This document shows positions 41,512 through 54,061 of a stretch of 64,000 bases of DNA, piece by piece. The notes beneath the pieces are model-generated. The model searched no databases, was not told the DNA's origin, and saw only the letters and a list, made by a program, of their open reading frames with translations. This DNA comes from Lama guanicoe (taxonomy: Eukaryota), in contig MU053347.1 in the NCBI GenBank assembly GCA_013239625.1, positions 2,734-66,733 on the forward strand, read 5' to 3'. Each line of letters begins with the position of its first letter. Positions within the stretch are counted from its first letter, which is position 1. The position numbers were made by a program, and so were the translations under genes.

Positions 41512-42620
41512 GACATGATAAATCTCCTAAAAGAAAACACAGGCAAAACATTATCTGACATAAATCTTAGCAACGTTCTCCTAGTGAAATCTACCCAGGC
41601 AATGGAAATAAGAGAAAAAAATAAACAAAAGGGACGTAATTAAACTCATAAATTTCTTCACAGCAAAGGCAACCATAAGTAAAACAAAAGGAAACAACAA
41701 CCTACGAATGGGAGAAAATATTTGCAAATGATACGACTAACAGAGCCTTAATCTTCAGAATATATAAACAGCTCATACAACTTAATAACAAAAAAAACAA
41801 ACAACTCATTCCAAAAATAGGCAGAAGACCTAAACAAGCATTTCTCTAATGAAGACACAAATGGCCAATAGGCACATGAAAAAATGCTCGATATCACTAA
41901 TAAAATGAGAAATTCAAATCAAAACTACAATCAAGTATCAGCTCACACCAGTTAGAAAGGCCATCACTCAGAAGTTCATGAAGGATAAATGCTAGAGGGA
42001 CTGTAGAGGGAAGGGTACCCTCTTACACTGCTGGCGGGAATCCAGTTTGGTGTAGTCATTATGGAAAGCATGGAAATCCCTGAAAAAACTAAAAGTAGAA
42101 TTATCTTGTGAGCCAGCAAGCCCACATCTGGGTATATAACTGGAAAGAACTCATATGTGAAAAGATACCTGCACCCCAGTATTCATAGCACCACTGTATA
42201 CAATAGCCGAGACATGGAGGAAAGCTAAATGTAGCAACAGATGACTGGATAAAGAAGTTGTGGCATATTTATACACTGGAATACTACTCTACCATGAATA
42301 GGACAAAATAAAACCATTTGCAGCAACATGGATGGAGCTAGAGATCGTCATTCTAAGTGAAAGCAGCCAGAAACAGAAAAATACCAAATGATACCACTCA
42401 TATGTGCAATCTAAAAAAAGAGAGAAAAAGACACTGTCAACTCATATACAAAACAGAAACAGACTTGCAGGCTTAGTAAACAATCTTAAGGTTACCAGGG
42501 AAAGGGGATGGGAAGGGATAAATTTGGGAGTCCGAGATTTACAAATGTTAGCCACTATATATAAAAAGAGATTTTAAATAAAGTTTTTTCTGTATAGCAC
42601 AGAAACCTATGTTCATTATC
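41512..42620 (+). mobile_element. LINE-1 3' portion, ending at a gap
   Basis: Homologous to 22560-23160 and the L1 3'UTR (atgggagaaaatatttgcaaatga; gcagcaacatggatggagctagag). Confidence 0.9.
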
Positions 42621-42719
42621 NNNNNNNNNNNNNNNNNNNNNNNNNNNNNNNNNNNNNNNNNNNNNNNNNNNNNNNNNNNNNNNNNNNNNNNNNNNNNNAG
42701 AGCCCAATAATCCTTGTCA

Positions 42720-43530
42720 GCCACTGAGCCTTCCTCCCAGGGACATGCTGACATGACATGCGTCCTGCAAACCTGGGGCAGCAGAGACCTTCCCCAGGTC
42801 TGGCCCTGGGGGAGATGGGAACAAATCCAACTGCTCCCCTTGGGGCAGCACCCCTCCCTGCAGCCCCCGCCACCTGACCACCGCGCCTGCCTCTCAGGAA
42901 CCCACTGACTTGAAAACAAGTGATCCACGAACCTGGGGCAGCAGCAGGGAGATGGGCAGCGACCTGGCAAGCTGGTCGACTTGCCTCCATCTCCCCTATG
43001 GCCTGTCCAGGGCTCAGCCTCTGCTGCTCCAGGCACGGTCCCCAGGTCAGCCTGCTTTCAGGAGGAGGGCGCAGTGTGGTCGAAGGCAGTGGCGGGTTAT
43101 GGGGTCTGCCCATGGAAGCTCGTGGATTTGCTTCAAACACCCCAGCGCATGGCCTGGGCTTTGCCTCTGCTGCCCCAGGTTCATGGAACTCAGGTTACAG
43201 GTCAGCCTGCTCCTGGAAGGCGGGTGCTTTGCTGTCAGGGAAAGGCAGCGCCTGCGATGACGGGATTGGGGCTGCCCTGTAGGAGCGCGGCGGTTGCGAC
43301 CATTTCCCGCTGCTGCTGCAGCCATCCCAGCACACTGATCGCACCGAGCCCACCTCCCAGGAGCAGACTGACCTGTAACCTGAGTCCCACGAACCTGGGT
43401 GTTTAGAGGCCGCCCCAAGGTCAGGCCGCGGGGAAGATGGGAGCAAATCCAGGGGCTCTCATGGGGCAGCACCCATTCCATCGAATGCCCTGCGACCGCA
43501 CCACACCGCCTGCCAGGAGCAGGCCATCGT
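42720..43530. repeat. Diverged GC-rich ~160-bp tandem repeat array with an internal ~2-unit inversion
   Basis: AACCTGGGGCAGCAG recurs at about 42770 and 42930; the GGAGATGGGAACAAATCC-like block recurs at about 42811 and 43432; 42975-43308 is the same unit reverse-complemented. Confidence 0.8.
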
Positions 43531-44110
43531 CTGAGGGCCAGTCGGAGATGCTCCGGACCCGTCCGGCGCCCTCCCACCTCCCGGGGCTGTACCGCCTCTC
43601 CTAAACCCGGGTATAAGCGGTGGCAAAAACGCGGGGTTCAGGAACTACTAATACCGGGGTTACAACGAACCACAGCGGCGGCTGGGACCCGCCTCAGGGT
43701 CTTAACGGGACGCGCGGCCGGGACCTCACCTCCGCACCACTCCCTAGCCGCCCAGGCGTCACCCGTCGGCTCCCCGAGCAGCGCGCCCCCACCAGCGCCC
43801 CCTTAACTGCCCGGCAGCGGCAGCCGAGCCGCGTGCAAGCGGCGGCCCAGACCCCAGGCCATGTTCCTCTTCCAGGAGCTTGTCCAGGAGCAACCGGTTG
43901 CCGCCAGCTTCCACGCGTTCTGGGCGGATTCTGGCGTCCGCTCGTCTGTCCGTCTGTGCGTGCGCGCCCCTCCTCCTCCCGCCTGCAGCGCAAACTGCTC
44001 TGGTGTGTCTCCTGCTTTACGGGACCTGGCCACTGGGGCCGGGAGGAGCCAGGTGGTGCCCCTCCTGCTCGTCCCGCCGGGTCTCCATTCCCAGAGCCTT
44101 CACCCTGCCA
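43480..44110. promoter_or_regulatory. Orphan CpG island with a putative minus-strand first exon ending at 43730
   Basis: Dense CpG; minus-strand donor GAG|GTGAGG (GT at 43729-43728); NRF1-like TGCGTGCGCGC near 43957; palindrome GCAACCGGTTGC (43890-43901, GRHL core AACCGGTT). Confidence 0.6.
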
Positions 44111-44139
44111 CCGACTGGGTCCTGGCACTGAACTAGGAC

Positions 44140-44510
44140 CACAACTGTCCTGGACCAGGCCACACCCCGCCAGCCCCACTTCCCCTGCTCACCTACCCCT
44201 CCCTGTTACTACCCTCCCACCCCTGGCCCGGCCCAGTCTCCCACCAGACTTTGAAGACAGGGCTTCTTCTTCTCACACCGAGGTCCCTACCCTGACACTC
44301 CGTCCTGCTAGGTCCTAACCTATGGCCCCTAAACCCTCATGCCTCACCTCAAGACTCCCAACATCCTAAAACTGTCCCCCTCACCTCCCAGCCAGGTCAG
44401 TTACACTCTGACCGGGCCCCACACTCCTCAACCTATACCCCCTCACCATGGGATCCCCTTCACTCTGAGTGCACCCCTACCCTGAGCTCTCTCCCTCACC
44501 CCTCACCCTG
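44140..44510 (+). repeat. C-rich low-complexity tract with repeated CCCTCACC/CCCTAC/CCCTGA words
   Basis: Strong C skew on the plus strand with several CCCCTCACC copies. Confidence 0.55.
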
Positions 44511-45292
44511 TGGTTGGGGTGGGGAAATCCGGGCGCCAGTAATGATGACTACTGCCACCAGTGGGGGATCCAGCCTAGTGTGCACCTTCATAGTTAATGC
44601 CTGAGGCTACAGGGCGAGGCAGGCTGGACTGAAGGCGGTTCCATTTCCCGCCCTGGCACCCTGATCCCCGAACCCTGTGTCTCATCTGACCCGATGGGTC
44701 AGGGTGATCCCAGGCTGCCAGCCACTGGCCTGTGGGCCTTGGGTGGTTGATGGTCCTGATGGAGATCTGGACCCCTTGGGCGGAGGCACTGGGCATGCGG
44801 ACCTTTGGGGTGGGGGAGTTCAGAGTTTCCACTTGAGCCCAGGGGTAGACAGCAGATGGTAGGCTGTGTGCATGGGGCTGTGTGCGTGGCCTGGGCTCAG
44901 CCCAGGTGGGTGCAGGGATCTTGTTCATTCACACCAGGCCAGAGGGAAGAGGTACGGGAGCTTTAAAGCGTCAAAGTTAGGAAGCCAAGACTGGAGAGCA
45001 AAGTAGGAAGGTGCAACGTCCAGGCGACCATGGATCCCGCCACCACGCTGGTCCCTTGAATCAAGGGAGACTGGCAGTTGACTGGTGAATGAGACATCCC
45101 CTGCTGTGGTAGAGTTTACAGGCAATTGAAGGGATTTTGAAAGGTTATTTTAATCCAATAATTGTCACTTTCTCTGCGGGAGATCAGGTCCAAAGTCATG
45201 GGGAATCTGGCAGGGATCCTGCCTGAACTCCAGCCTGGGACAGTGGAGGACCCACCCAGGAATCATACTCTTAGTTCTCACCAAAAGTCACT

Positions 45293-45500
45293 GTAATAGA
45301 GAAGAACAAATCTGACTCCATATTGGATTTGTTCATTTTCCCTTAACCCTCTGCCGTGTTTTCAAGGCTTAATCTTGCTACCCTTGCTCCTTTTGTTAAA
45401 CAATGTTGCCTTTAGCCTGAAATAAACAGGAGAGCCTATTCTCAAAATTCTGACCTTTAAGGATATTAACACTTTTGCACTCCTATAAAGATAACAAATT
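45293..45500 (+). mobile_element. LTR 5' fragment
   Basis: TGTAATAGAG...tctgactccatattgg...tttaacc is typical of ERV1 LTR 5' ends. Confidence 0.5.
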
Positions 45501-45789
45501 ATTGTACTGTGTCTGTATTACTCTACTAATTCTAAAAGGATTAAAATCCTATGTTAATGTGACCCATTCATTACTCATCTATGGAGTAATTAAAGTATAT
45601 TAATCCTATATTTAAAAGAATTTAAAGCCTTCTCAGGACTCAGTTCCATGTCAGCTCCGTGGCAGCAGAGGTTCTCCAGGAGGTCGTGTCGCTTCTGAGT
45701 CAGAATCCAATAGAGGTGAGGAAGAAGTACCAGACTTGGACACTGAAGACTACAATAGAGGAGAGATTCTGTCAAGAGAAATTAAGACC

Positions 45790-46008
45790 TACATTCACAG
45801 AGAATATTTCCATATTCATGGAGAAGAAGGCTTCATTCTACTAAGATGACAGTAGTCCACGAATAGATCTAAGGATTCAAAGGATGCCTACCCAAATCCC
45901 AGGTGGTGTTTTACAGGAATTGAAAATCAATCTAAAATTCACGTGGAAAATCTAGGGGCTCAGAGTACATGAGTGAATCTTGAAAAATAAGAACAAAGTT
46001 CGAGGAAT
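45790..46008 (+). mobile_element. Ancient L1 ORF2 fragment
   Basis: Resembles ccatgttcatgg...ctaaaattcatatggaaa...atcttgaaaaagaagaacaaagttggagga of L1 ORF2. Confidence 0.6.
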
Positions 46009-46698
46009 GGAAAGTCAGATGGAACCCACGGTTAATACAAAAGCACTTAAGCTGAAGATACCTGAGATTCAACAGATGTAGAAGAAAACCTGTCATGGAA
46101 GCCAATTCTCTCCTCTCCCTTTGCCCTGTTAAGTTAGGTTGATAACAAAGCCTTTAACTTTCACCATTTAACATGGTAGTTACTTTCTGGTTGGCTCCTG
46201 TGTGTATAAATAAACCATTTCTCTTGTTCATCCCCTCTTTACTTCTGTGGGCTCTTTGGGAGGGACTCTGGATGATGGGGACCTACTCTTTTCTCACCTT
46301 CTTTAGTGATATCTTTTGTCCATGGTGAAGTGATCGTGAAAAAGAAAAGTCTCACTGGTTTTGGGTCAGAATTGGAACATGTATACCTTTGGAAACCCCC
46401 TGGAGGAACAAGGGGGTTCAATACTGCTGGGAGAATTTACTGGTTGTCTTGTCCAAATTCCTAAAAAGACGCTATTTACAAGGTTTTATTTATTTATTTA
46501 TTTTAAGATTCTTACCATAAAACAAATACCCTATCTAAACCTCTTGGATGATCAAATAGAAAGGAAAAAGGAGAATCATGTCTGGCCTAAGAACAATTCC
46601 TTAAAAAAACGGAAGGACAGAATTAGACACAGAGCAAAAATTAAAATCAATTTATACCATCAACCCTCCCACACTTTTGTACACTGTCCTCATGTAAT

Positions 46699-46713
46699 CT
46701 GCCAGATGGCGCC
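46699..46713 (+). promoter_or_regulatory. Candidate CTCF site
   Basis: CTGCCAGATGGCGCC matches the CTCF core CCRCYAGRKGGCRS with one mismatch. Confidence 0.5.
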
Positions 46714-47399
46714 CTGTAGAAGGCCTTTTGCCTGGAACTAGTGCTCATTTTCAGAGCTCGGCCAAGCGGGAGGTTGGTCCCCAGAGTCTGAGAGGTGTTA
46801 TTTGTGAAATTTTCTCTGCTGAAACCCACTGGACTGAAGGGAACTGTGCTCTGAGGGAGAGAGAGCACACCGAGCCTCTGTGGAGGCGTCTCTGAGATCA
46901 TCCCAAAGGCACACAGCTCTAACTGTGGACACGGGAATTTTTGATTGGCATCTTAGTTTGAAATCTCCTCCTGGATAGAAAGAAGCGGATTCAAGATGTT
47001 GCAATTGGTTGGGCAGGTCGGCCTCTCGAATTAGTCGATGAGGAGGACACGCAATTTTCTGCAGAAGTAGGAACACCCATCCCTGCTCTGCTGACTTCAT
47101 CTACAGAGAAACAGAGACGTGTCTCTAGGGGGAATTCAACAACCACCAACCATTCTTACTGACGTAAAAGTCCCCACTTTATTCTCCTGTCAGATCTCTG
47201 CACAAAAACTGTGGCTCAGCCCCATATATCAGACACCCATCACCCTGAACCACTCTGTGTCTGTGTCCATTACGAGCATTAAGGCCTGTGACCGTTACTG
47301 TCAAATCGTGTCCCCCTTTCAGCCCATCTGTCGCCATCATCCCAGCCCAACCTCGGTGTCTCTCTCCAGGTCAGCAGCACTCTTCCCACTGGCTTCCCA

Positions 47400-47975
47400 T
47401 CAGCTTACCTTGCCCTGCTTCCATCGCTGATTCCCCATATGTTACCGACAGCGGTCTTATTAAAGTATGAATCGGATCAAGTTGTTCCGCTTTGCAAAAT
47501 ACTCTCGTGATTTTCCATTCTATTCAGAGGGATATCCAGAGTCCCTACCAAGGCCCTGTGTGATCCGGACCCTCACCCGTCTCTGCAGCCTCAGTTCTCA
47601 CCGTTCTGTTCCAGCCCATCTTCACCGTCCCGATGGTCCCCACCAGGACAGCTGTGTTTGTAACTCCAAGTCTCATATTTACACTTCTCCCTGCCTAGGA
47701 GAATTTTCTTGTCTGTTACCTACGTGGCTTATGCTTTGCTTCATTCAGGACCTTGTTCAAATTATTTTACCCTCAGAGAGGACTTATATGGCCACATTAT
47801 TTAAAATAGTACGCACATATGTCCTATTCAATCATTTTCTCTCCTAATATGTTTTATGTTTCTTTGTGGCAATTATTAGTACTTGGCAGTACATAATATA
47901 TTTATTTGATTACTGGTTTATTGTCTATCTTTCTTACTAGATCTATATTCACGGAATCACAAATAAATGTTTTAA
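47400..47975 (+). mobile_element. LINE-2 fragment
   Basis: Pyrimidine-rich L2 3' region ending ...aataaatgttt. Confidence 0.55.
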
Positions 47976-48269
47976 ACAATAACTTTCAAACCACCTTTAA
48001 ATGAATTCTTTTATAAGGTGAGAATTTCAGAGATTTCCACGGGTTGCTTAGGGGAAAAAAGAGGAAGGATTCAGGTTGAACTCGGTTATTAAGGACCTGG
48101 GAGTTGGTTATAATTATTCATAGTAGTGTGTACCTGTTAAAATCCCAATCTCCTAAACTAGCAAAAGACTGAGCTGATTACTATGTATAAAATGTTTTTT
48201 TTAAAGTTGAATTGTTAGAGATCTCTTTTCTTCTTTGTTTTTTTTTCCTTTATTTAAAAAAGAATTTTT

Positions 48270-48345
48270 CTTATTATTTTTTTACATTGAGGTACTGGGA
48301 ACTGAACCCAGCTCGTACTCTACCACTTGAACTATACCCTCCTCT
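48270..48345 (-). mobile_element. Internally deleted tRNA-derived SINE
   Basis: gaggtactgggaactgaaccca...ctctaccacttgaactataccct. Confidence 0.7.
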
Positions 48346-50469
48346 CCAAAGACAATTATTTTTATACTTGGACAATACCATACTGAATTAAGAATTTTTT
48401 ACTCCATTTTCCCTTCAGAGAGTTTATACCGGAGGGAGAGAGTCAGAGGAAGCCCTGGGCCATCCCTTCCTTCTCAGCGGGTCACTACACAACAGAGGAG
48501 CTAGGCTGGGGCCAGGCCCAGCTCAACTTTCTGCTCTGAGGGCCGACTCAGGCCACTTCTCTAAACAGAGGCGTGTTAGAAGCAGCAGAAAGCCAACTAG
48601 CGAGCAACAAAGCCAACTAGAACAATGACAAAACCGACCCACCTGCAGTTGGACATCATCTGCTCTGAAACGAACATCTTAAAGCACTTCTTCCTATTAG
48701 TGGATTGTTTTCAAAAATATTCCCAAGGAGATGAATCTCACTCCATTTTTCTGGATTTCTTGGGCCTTCTATGACTCTAACTGCAGGTTTGATTTTCTGC
48801 ACAACGTCTGCATTGAAGCCAGGCAGAATACGTGAACAGACCCTGCAGGCCATGGCTGAGGCCTCTGGTCAAACATCCTTGTTGTGCAGAGCCTACGTTC
48901 ATGGGACCATTTTCATTACTGCTGTAATTAGTTCTTGTCCAAGTGTCCCACCGGAAATGTTTCTAGATAGAACGTGGCCTGACGCAGAAGCAGATGGTAG
49001 ACAGACTGGAAGGAAAGACGGGAATTATTTCCTCAGGTTTCAGTTTGGAAGATTTCTGATTTTCATATGGACATTAAACTGGGTCAGGCTGAAGCGCCGT
49101 TTGCTCTAAGATGGGGTGATGTACACGTGTCCCTACAACTTCTAAAAAATATGTTGAAGTTTGACGTGACACCCTAGGGGACAGACAGCTTAGAGTGACA
49201 CCTCCGTTCCAGGATGCCTGTGATCTCGGGCTCACAAAGAGGAAAAGAATACACATATCTTGCTTGTGTAGCTCTATGTGAAATTATTTTGACCCTTGAT
49301 GGATGGTGTAAGGTCAGAGATCATATAGTCTTTCTTACGTTGCAAAGATGACAATTCTTCTTGATGAGTCAGCAGACTGTTTCCGATGGCCCGGGGTCTG
49401 TGCCAGACATTAGCTGTCTAGACAAATACCACACAGCCCCCCATCCCTCAAGGAGATCACAGTGTGTCATGGAAGAGACAAATTTAAATAGGTTTTCAAA
49501 ACAATATGGTAAGACTCACTTGGCATCATATATACTATATGTTCAAAGGGGCTCTTGCACTGCCTGGGTCAGGGTTCTAGAAGGTAGGGATGGTGTCAGA
49601 GAGGAAATGCTTTCTGCACTGACAGCTGAGGATTCCAGCAAATCTCTAGACCAGGAGAGTGCGTGCTGGGCACGGGATTCTCGGCAGCTTGCGTGTCTAA
49701 TGCAGAGGTCTGGTCGTGTCTAAGAGCACTTTGCACTTAGGGAAGGAAGGTCAGTGAGGCTAGAGGCTGTGGGGAACTAACAGAAGCTGAGGCTGAAAAA
49801 AAGCAGCAACTAGGTGATGAGAAGGTGTGACGTTAAATCAGGGAGCGTGGACTTCCTCACATACGCAACGGGGAATTCTTTGGGGTTTAAAGGAGGCGAG
49901 TGACACAGATTAGTCATTAAAAGTGAGAAAAGTGGATTGTTCACTCTAAAGAACAGCACTGGGGAGACTAGCAAGGGGTGGGAATGAATGCAGTGGGGAG
50001 CGAGAGGCGGGGACTTAGTTGGGGGACATTAAGGAAGAGAATTGTAGTACTGACGGGGGTGAGGGAGTGGAAAAATAAAGGAAAACTCCCAGATGTATGT
50101 CACGGAAAACACATGGGATAGTGATGCCATTGTTTGGAGAAGTAAACCTAGTTCTGAGCGAGTGTAAATCCAAACATACAGAGCTTGAGATTTTTATGGA
50201 CTAACCAAGTGGGAATGTCTACTTGTCAATTATAAGTATATTTCTGGGACTGCAATGAAATGTCCTTGCTGGAAAAGATTTGACAGATAATCAGTGGACA
50301 GAGAGAATTTGAAGCAACGGGAATAAATGCCACCCACTGACATTTTTATCAAAGAAAAGGGAAGGAGGGCACTTCTGGTAAAGAAAATATGGCAGATCGG
50401 AAACTTGAAGACCCACTCACTAAAGACACATAAAAACGTAGGACAAAATGCCGCCAAACTTTTCTTGTT

Positions 50470-51120
50470 GTTTTTTTTTTATTTTACAGGCAACTTTATT
50501 ATGGTATGATTCCTGTATAGTAAATTACACATATTTCACATGTACTATTTGATCAATTTGATAGATGTCTACACAAAGAAAACCATCACCACAATCAAGA
50601 TAGCTAAAATTTCCATAACTCCCAAGAGAGACATTTTTCCAGTTCCCATATTTATCCCTTCCCATCCCCTTCTCTCCCTGTGAACCGTAAGTTTGTTTCT
50701 CTATGTATGTGGGTCTGTTTCTCTTTTGTAGTTAAGTTCATTTGTGTCTTTTTTTAGATTCCACATATAAGTGATATCATATGGCATTTTTCTCTTTTTC
50801 TGGCTTACTTCACTTAGAATGACTATCTGTACGTCCATCCATGTTGCTGCAAATGGCATTATTTTGTTCTTTTTAATGGCTGAGTAGTATTCATTTGTAT
50901 AAATATACTACTACATCTTTATCTAGGCAGCTGTCGATGGACACTTGGGTTGTTGCCATGTCCTGGCTATTATAAATAGTGCTGCTGTGAGCATTGAGGT
51001 GCATGTGACTTTTTGAATTAGAGTTTTCTTCTGACATATGCCCGGGAATGGGAATGCTGGATCATGAGTTAAGTCTATTTTCAGCTTTTAAAGGAAATTC
51101 CACACTGTCTTCTCTAGTGA
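50470..51120 (-). mobile_element. LINE-1 3' fragments, minus strand (old 3' end plus younger ORF2/3'UTR piece)
   Basis: Reverse complement of L1 3' sequence (ttagattccacatataagtgatatcatatgg; tccatccatgttgctgcaaatggc). Confidence 0.85.
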
Positions 51121-51317
51121 AAATGCAGCCCGTTTTGTGAAAGCAGAGCCATGGTCAGAAAGTAACGGGTATTTCTAGGGGCCAGACATGAAGCACAGTG
51201 AGTGTGGCCTGTTCAAGAATCAGAGGGCAGTCTGCCAGGGCTGGGGGAGAGTGACAAGGGAAGTGTGGTACAGGTAGGATTCAGACCTGACAGGCTAGGA
51301 TAAGGAGCCTGGACTTC

Positions 51318-51800
51318 CAGTCATCCCTTGGTAACCATGGTGCACTTGTTCCAGGACTCCCCACGACGTCATCATCCATGGATGCTGAGGCCTCTTGTAT
51401 AAAATGGCATAGGACTTGCATGGAACTTATGTGCACCCTCCCATGTAATTTTTATACATATATATATATATATACACACACATACAAACATTTTTTATTA
51501 AGTTATAGTCATTTTATAATGTTGTATCAAATTCCAGCTTAGAGCACAATTTTTCAGTTATACATGAATATACACGTACATTCGTTGTCACATCCTCTTT
51601 TGCTGTGTCCTCCTGTGTACTTTAAATCATCTCTAGATTACTCACGGTATCTATTACAACATGAGTGCTATGTAAGTAGTTGTCAGTGTATGGCAAATTC
51701 AAGTGTTGCGTTTTGAAACTTTCTGTTTTTCCATGAATATTTTCAAACCACTGTTAGTTGAATCTGCTGGATAGGGAGCCCCTAGATACGGAGAACCCCC
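51318..51800. mobile_element. MER2 (Tigger) element interrupted by a minus-strand L1 3' tail (about 51450-51608)
   Basis: cagtcatcccttggta..ttccaggac..ggatgct...tttaaatcatctctagattac...gttgaatc..gatacggag; the insert is flanked by CCTCCCATGTA / CCTCCTGTGTA. Confidence 0.75.
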
Positions 51801-52746
51801 AAGCTCTTCCTTTCCACCTCCTAAATTTCCACTGCAAGCACTGGAGTCTAAACATAGAAGAGCGCCATCTACCTGCTGGAAACGCTGAGGACTTCCTTCA
51901 GCTTATGTAGCGCAGGACAGAAGGTATAGGGACAACTAGTGGGAAAGGAGGGCCTGCCTGGAGAGGAAGGAGGAAGGACCGCAGTGGAAGCCAGCTCGTA
52001 CCCTTACTGGAGCTAGCTGATAGCAATGAGGGACGCCGAGGAACTGGAGACACGTCACATGGGGGGCGATCCTGGCCACCATGTGCAGGGTTCGCATAGC
52101 TGGGACCCAGTTTGCAAGATCAAAATAACAAGGTTGGAGAGGGGCTCCCTCAGCCCCGGGATCCTGACAACGGCCACAGCGCCGTGACTCCAGCTAATGC
52201 GGCTCCCCTAGGAAGCCAGAAAAAGGAAACTCTGAGCCAAGATATTGCATATTCCACCGCAGCCACGCGGATAACTAGATCTCTAAGCTGACAAAATGTA
52301 ACCACCAGAAACAGGAATCTCTTTTTCTCTTCATTTGGACCTTTGGACAGGGAGCCACACATCTCTGATGGGAACCATCTTTAATCCAATAGAGAGCTCA
52401 CTTTTTCAGGAATAAGCATGGAGAAAAAGAGTGGGGTGATGGTTTAAAGCGGAAGTCAAAGTGGAAGCCAATCTGAGAAATGGTAAAAACATGCATCTCA
52501 AAGAATCCGAGTTATGGCGAAAAGAAGGAGGAAGGTTAAGGAAATCTCTATCCAGCAGACTCGAAAAAACTTAGCCAATCATGTGTCCAGTTGATTTGAA
52601 AATCCTGATAAGTAAATAACTCAAAAGTGGGAAAGACATGGTATTAAATTGTGGTAGTGAGCAATGAATTCGAAGAAGTTTATACCTACAATTTCATTGT
52701 TAATATAACAAACTGAAAGCAACTGTCAAAAAGTAGTAACTGGAGG

Positions 52747-52785
<39 letters not shown>

Positions 52786-52797
52786 CACACACACACA
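52747..52797. repeat. (CA)n microsatellite
   Basis: Directly visible dinucleotide run. Confidence 0.95.
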
Positions 52798-53799
52798 ATC
52801 TGGAACAACAGAGAGGTAAAATATGCTAAATTTATCATTATTGTGGAACAGGATCTAATAGATTATTTCATTTTTGATAGTGTTATAGGAATACTGGCCC
52901 AATTACATAAAAAGTTATGAACTTAGAGATGATTTATAAAAGTTTAGAGAGAATTTTCATTAAAAGGCAATATAGCTTCCAAATCATTGAAGAGAAAATT
53001 AACAATAAAAAAATTAATCAATCCAGCTAATATGGAGTAAAAGAGACCATATTTACCATCCTAAAATAAACCACAAAATGGATACAATATATGAAGGAAT
53101 GATTTTTAAGACACGTGAAAATGATCATCCACTAGAACCTTATCCTGCCACCCCCATACCAAGGCTGCTAGGCCTCCTACTGCCATCACCAAGAATGTCC
53201 ACCAAGAGGCTACATCTCCTTCCTCTGCTCCTACTGCAGAGCCAGTCTTGAGCAGTCCTTTTCCAGGTTTTGGCAGGCAGCTCCCAGAAGTGCTCTCGTG
53301 GGCCTTGGTCCCTTTTGGCCACCAGCAAAGGAATCAAGGATGATAAGTGAGCCTCCTTCCTCATCCAAGACCTAGGAACCTATCTGACTTCTGAGCAGGG
53401 CTTCACTCGTCTGCTGTCTGGTACTCTCTGCCCGGCTTCCCGAGTCCGCGGCTTGGGCAGCCTGCACGCTGGCCACAGCCCATCAGAATGTTCCCCCGCC
53501 AAGAGGCCACGTGTGATCGTGAGCAGGGCCCCAGGCCTCTGGAGCAGAGTGGCTTGGAATGAATCCTGGCCCTGGGCGCACGAGTTCCATGCCCTTGTGT
53601 GAGTCAGTTAACATCTCTAAGCTAAATTTCCTCATCAGTAAAATGAAGACATATCAATATGGAAAAAAAAAATCAGAATCGGGGGGGAATAAATTTCTGG
53701 CGACTGAAGATTTTTTTAATTTTGAATTATACTGTGAAAGACATCATACAAATTTTACTACTTCAGAATTCTGAAGGACCGCTTCTACTGTTAAAACTA

Positions 53800-54061
53800 A
53801 TGCATGCACGTACACACAAACACACGTGCAAACACACTGACTCTGCTCCACATACTTCCCTACACACACATGTACATGGACTCATGTACCACACACACAC
53901 ATACCATACACACAACCACACACGTCCTCAGGCGCACACACAAACATACTCACAACCACATACATCCCCAGGTGCACGCGTGCACAGCCACACACACACT
54001 CACAGTCATGTACCACACAATTCCCCAGGTACGTATGTGCGCACACACACGTCATACACAC
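53800..54061. repeat. Degenerate CA-rich simple repeat
   Basis: About 260 nt of imperfect (CA)n/CACG. Confidence 0.85.

Noticed and set aside
42720..43530. CRISPR-like or prokaryotic repeat-spacer array
   Set aside because: Mammalian context; units are long, diverged and contiguous with no unique spacers.
42548..44318. Cluster of long overlapping ORFs (up to 232 aa) on both strands
   Set aside because: Expected from high GC and repeat content; P/A/G/R-rich with no recognisable domain, and most start at non-ATG codons.
44580..44700. Resemblance to MAGE-type 5' promoter repeats
   Set aside because: Similarity is too vague and there is no MAGE ORF in the window.
48643..48853. 65-aa minus-strand ORF near a possible GCAG|GTGGGT donor
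   Set aside because: No recognisable homology, and the stop precedes the donor; cannot be supported without a search.
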